From Candidatus Dojkabacteria bacterium (lineage in GTDB: Bacteria > Patescibacteriota > Dojkabacteria > SC72): 64,000 bases of DNA. The stretch's first letter is position 1; every line of letters starts with the position of its first letter. The notes below the pieces were generated by a model. That model saw only the letters and a list, made by a program, of their open reading frames with translations. It did no database searches and had not been told where the DNA came from. The position numbers and the translations under genes are program-made. Shown piece by piece: positions 62,097 through 64,000 of this stretch. The stretch spans positions 8,513 to 72,512 of the forward strand of contig JAXGRK010000001.1 of assembly GCA_040765985.1 (NCBI GenBank), written 5' to 3'.

Positions 62097-63515
62097 TTAC
62101 TTCAACGGATGATTCTTTTTAACAGTCTCTTCTGCAAACTTTTCACTTGCATGAACATACTTTGTTGTTGTATTTAAACTCTCATGACCAAGTAATATCT
62201 GCAGTGCTACAGCACTAGCCCCATCCTCTGCCATATATGTAGCAAAACCATGTCTTAAACTGTGTGCAGATGTAGGTATCTGTATACCTAATCTCTTTCT
62301 GTAATCTGCTATTTTTTCTTGGAAATAGTTAGTAGATAACCTGCAATTAGGTTTTTTACTTCTAATACCTACAAAGGGAACGAATAGGGCAGGGGAGTTG
62401 AATTTCTCTAAAAATTTATTCATCCTATACTCCTCAATCAATCTAATATATTTCCTATTCTCAGAATCAAAAACTTCTAAATTTAATCCTTCAGAATTCA
62501 TATCTCCCGGCAATGTTTCACGGTGTTTCATGTTTTTGTCCTTAACTCCAATATCTATAAACAACTTATCTACATTTCCCGGTTGTTCCTCTTTCTCCCT
62601 ATCTGAAAACGCATACTCTAATCTCAATTTCAAATATTTATTTAACCATCCCAAAGCCCTGTTTGTCATATATACAGCTCTCTCTTTTTTACCCTTTCCC
62701 ATTACATATATTTTACCCTCAACATTTAACTGTTCTATATTCATATTTATCAACTCTGATATCCTCATACCTGTTGCAAAAAGCATCTCTAACATGCACC
62801 TGTTTCTTAGCGCTACACGCTCATCTTTCTCAAACTCCATAGGTGCTTCTATCAATCTCGTCAAATCTTCTAAAGATGCAACCTTCTTAACTTTCTTTTC
62901 TCCTCTAACCATCTGAATTCCATCTGGAGGAATTGGAATATCATAATCAAAATCAATTCTAAACTTTAAATACGATCTAATTGCAGACAACATTCGATTT
63001 ATACTTCTAACATCTAAACCGTTTTTACTTCTGGATCTAGAATTAAGAGGCCTCTCTAAAATCCCCAACGAACCGTATACCTTACCGTAGACTTTTGTAA
63101 GAAAGTCCTCCTCATATACCTGTGGAGAACCCTCTGTACTAGTTTCATCATTTTCATCTTCATCCACAGGTCTATTCATACCACTTAAATTTTTTGATGC
63201 CCTTGCCGGGCCTCTAAGCGCTTTGACATCTGTTTGTATTGTCTTAAAGCCCTTTTCTACACATTTCTCCCTAATTCTATCCAAATCTTTCAAATGATTA
63301 CCACTCCCTAGATACCCTTTGTAATTTAATACATCTATCTTCGTTAACTTCTCAAACTTTATATTATTAAAATGTAAATATACACTAAATATGGAGAGAT
63401 CCCTGGCGTAACTAATAATGGTTTGAAAGCTGTACGCATTGTTTTGTAAATTTAAAAAATACATATCCTGATCAGGAAGTTTGGGGATATCATTTAATAG
63501 GAATGTTTTCTTCAT
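62097..63515 (-). CDS. Tyrosine recombinase, XerC/XerD-like, atypically long (472 aa) with two insertions
   Basis: N-terminal SAM-like core-binding domain (YSFQTIISYARDLSIFSVYL). Catalytic residues in ATGMRISEL, HSLRHGFAT and LLGHESLNTTTKYVH (R..HxxR..H..Y). Confidence 0.9.
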   Translation of the reverse strand: MKKTFLLNDIPKLPDQDMYFLNLQNNAYSFQTIISYARDLSIFSVYLHFNNIKFEKLTKIDVLNYKGYLGSGNHLKDLDRIREKCVEKGFKTIQTDVKALRGPARASKNLSGMNRPVDEDENDETSTEGSPQVYEEDFLTKVYGKVYGSLGILERPLNSRSRSKNGLDVRSINRMLSAIRSYLKFRIDFDYDIPIPPDGIQMVRGEKKVKKVASLEDLTRLIEAPMEFEKDERVALRNRCMLEMLFATGMRISELINMNIEQLNVEGKIYVMGKGKKERAVYMTNRALGWLNKYLKLRLEYAFSDREKEEQPGNVDKLFIDIGVKDKNMKHRETLPGDMNSEGLNLEVFDSENRKYIRLIEEYRMNKFLEKFNSPALFVPFVGIRSKKPNCRLSTNYFQEKIADYRKRLGIQIPTSAHSLRHGFATYMAEDGASAVALQILLGHESLNTTTKYVHASEKFAEETVKKNHPLK

Positions 63516-63544
63516 ATGTATATATTAACTTTTTAAAAAATAAA

Positions 63545-63558
63545 ATCAAAGTAGGGGA
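63545..63558. repeat. Left arm of the 14-bp inverted repeat next to the recombinase gene
   Basis: atcaaagtagggga at 63545-63558. Its exact reverse complement tcccctactttgat lies at 63955-63968. Confidence 0.8.
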
Positions 63559-63954
63559 CTTTTTTTAGTTTTCCCATAGATAAAAGAAATATAGGGGATA
63601 TGAATAATTTAAATAGGAATATAAAAGAAAAAATATTTTTTATTTTTATATATTTTTATCATTAAGTATTTAATATAAAACCTTAGCTACAAGTACTTCT
63701 CTGGGTCATACAGATATGTGACCGCATATAAGGATGATTATACTCGGTTATATGATATAAGAAATCATAACATATTGCAACATAGGGGATAGCACTCTAC
63801 CATAAGAGACATCGTTAGAATTACTTCGGTATAGATCCTCTCCTATTTAAATATTTATTCTCTTTATAATAAAATGTATTAGCACTTGGTTATCCACATT
63901 GATATTACTATAGGACCTGTGAAACTATGGGCTACTACTTGCTATAAGCCCTAC

Positions 63955-63968
63955 TCCCCTACTTTGAT
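63955..63968. repeat. Right arm of the 14-bp inverted repeat
   Basis: tcccctactttgat. It is preceded by ccctactc, the only minus-strand GAGTAGGG in the window. Confidence 0.8.
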
Positions 63969-64000
63969 ATTTCTATACTAAAATATTCAAAAAGAAATTT

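Noticed and set aside
63703-63769. A confident assignment of a canonical 28-bp dif site
   Set aside because: I could not align any segment to the conserved XerD-arm pattern (TTATGTTAAAT-like). Only imperfect palindromes are present, so only a candidate interval is reported.
1-64000. Alternative genetic code (for example UGA recoding, as in some candidate phyla) as the explanation for the many short ORFs
   Set aside because: The breaks are changes of reading frame, not in-frame UGA codons. Long genes (mutS, gyrA, gyrB, pilT) are open under the standard code. All three stop codons terminate well-supported genes.
51400-64000. The tyrosine recombinase as the integrase of a prophage or integrative island covering the right part of the window
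   Set aside because: There are no phage structural, replication or excisionase genes, no adjacent tRNA, and no long direct repeats. The enzyme has Xer-type N- and C-domains, and the motif polarity evidence points to a dif-type role. The small GC-rich islet is treated separately.

Overview
AT-rich bacterial chromosome segment, roughly 30-35% GC by eye. Two sortases, a FemAB-type enzyme and a type IV pilus locus with no secretin in the window give it a monoderm, possibly Patescibacteria/CPR-like character; this placement is tentative and rests on gene content only.

Layout:
- 1-18.9 kb, housekeeping: mutS, a broken PEP-synthase-like gene, an AI-2E transporter, YibE/F, a surface protein next to a sortase, tig-clpP, tRNA-Val(GAC), dus, a Clp/Hsp100 ATPase, and rpmF-nusB-rnc-rpsP-KH.
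- 18.9-40.8 kb, minus strand: one ~22 kb type IV pilus super-operon. Its order is pilB, a PQ-rich ORF, pilT, pilC, pilA, pilD, four minor pilins, a CheY-like receiver, a 568-aa anchored protein, two giant paralogous Cys-rich proteins, then pilM, pilN, pilO.
- 40.8-64 kb: femAB-like, holB-like, gyrB-orf-gyrA, a second sortase, VanY, GT2, a triplicated unknown family, a small GC-rich islet, two glycosyltransferase genes, a glycine-zipper membrane protein and an atypically long Xer-like tyrosine recombinase.

Main hunting results:
1. The 8-mer GAGTAGGG occurs 16 times on the + strand and once on the - strand. It falls in genes of both orientations and in all reading frames, and it closely resembles FtsK/SpoIIIE-orienting sequences (KOPS GGGNAGGG, SRS GAGAAGGG).
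2. The only minus-strand copies sit in a 14-bp inverted repeat just beyond the Xer-like recombinase gene. This suggests a convergence point, that is a dif/terminus candidate.
3. Two giant paralogous Cys-rich proteins sit where PilY1-type tip adhesins would be. One carries a ~600-aa loop insertion that includes a polyglycine-type domain. I recognise no named adhesin family in them.
4. Many genes are split by frameshifts. Wherever I checked, the slip lies in a homopolymer run. This looks like assembly indel error, although local clusters could be real decay.

All homology calls come from reading the translations by eye; no searches were run.
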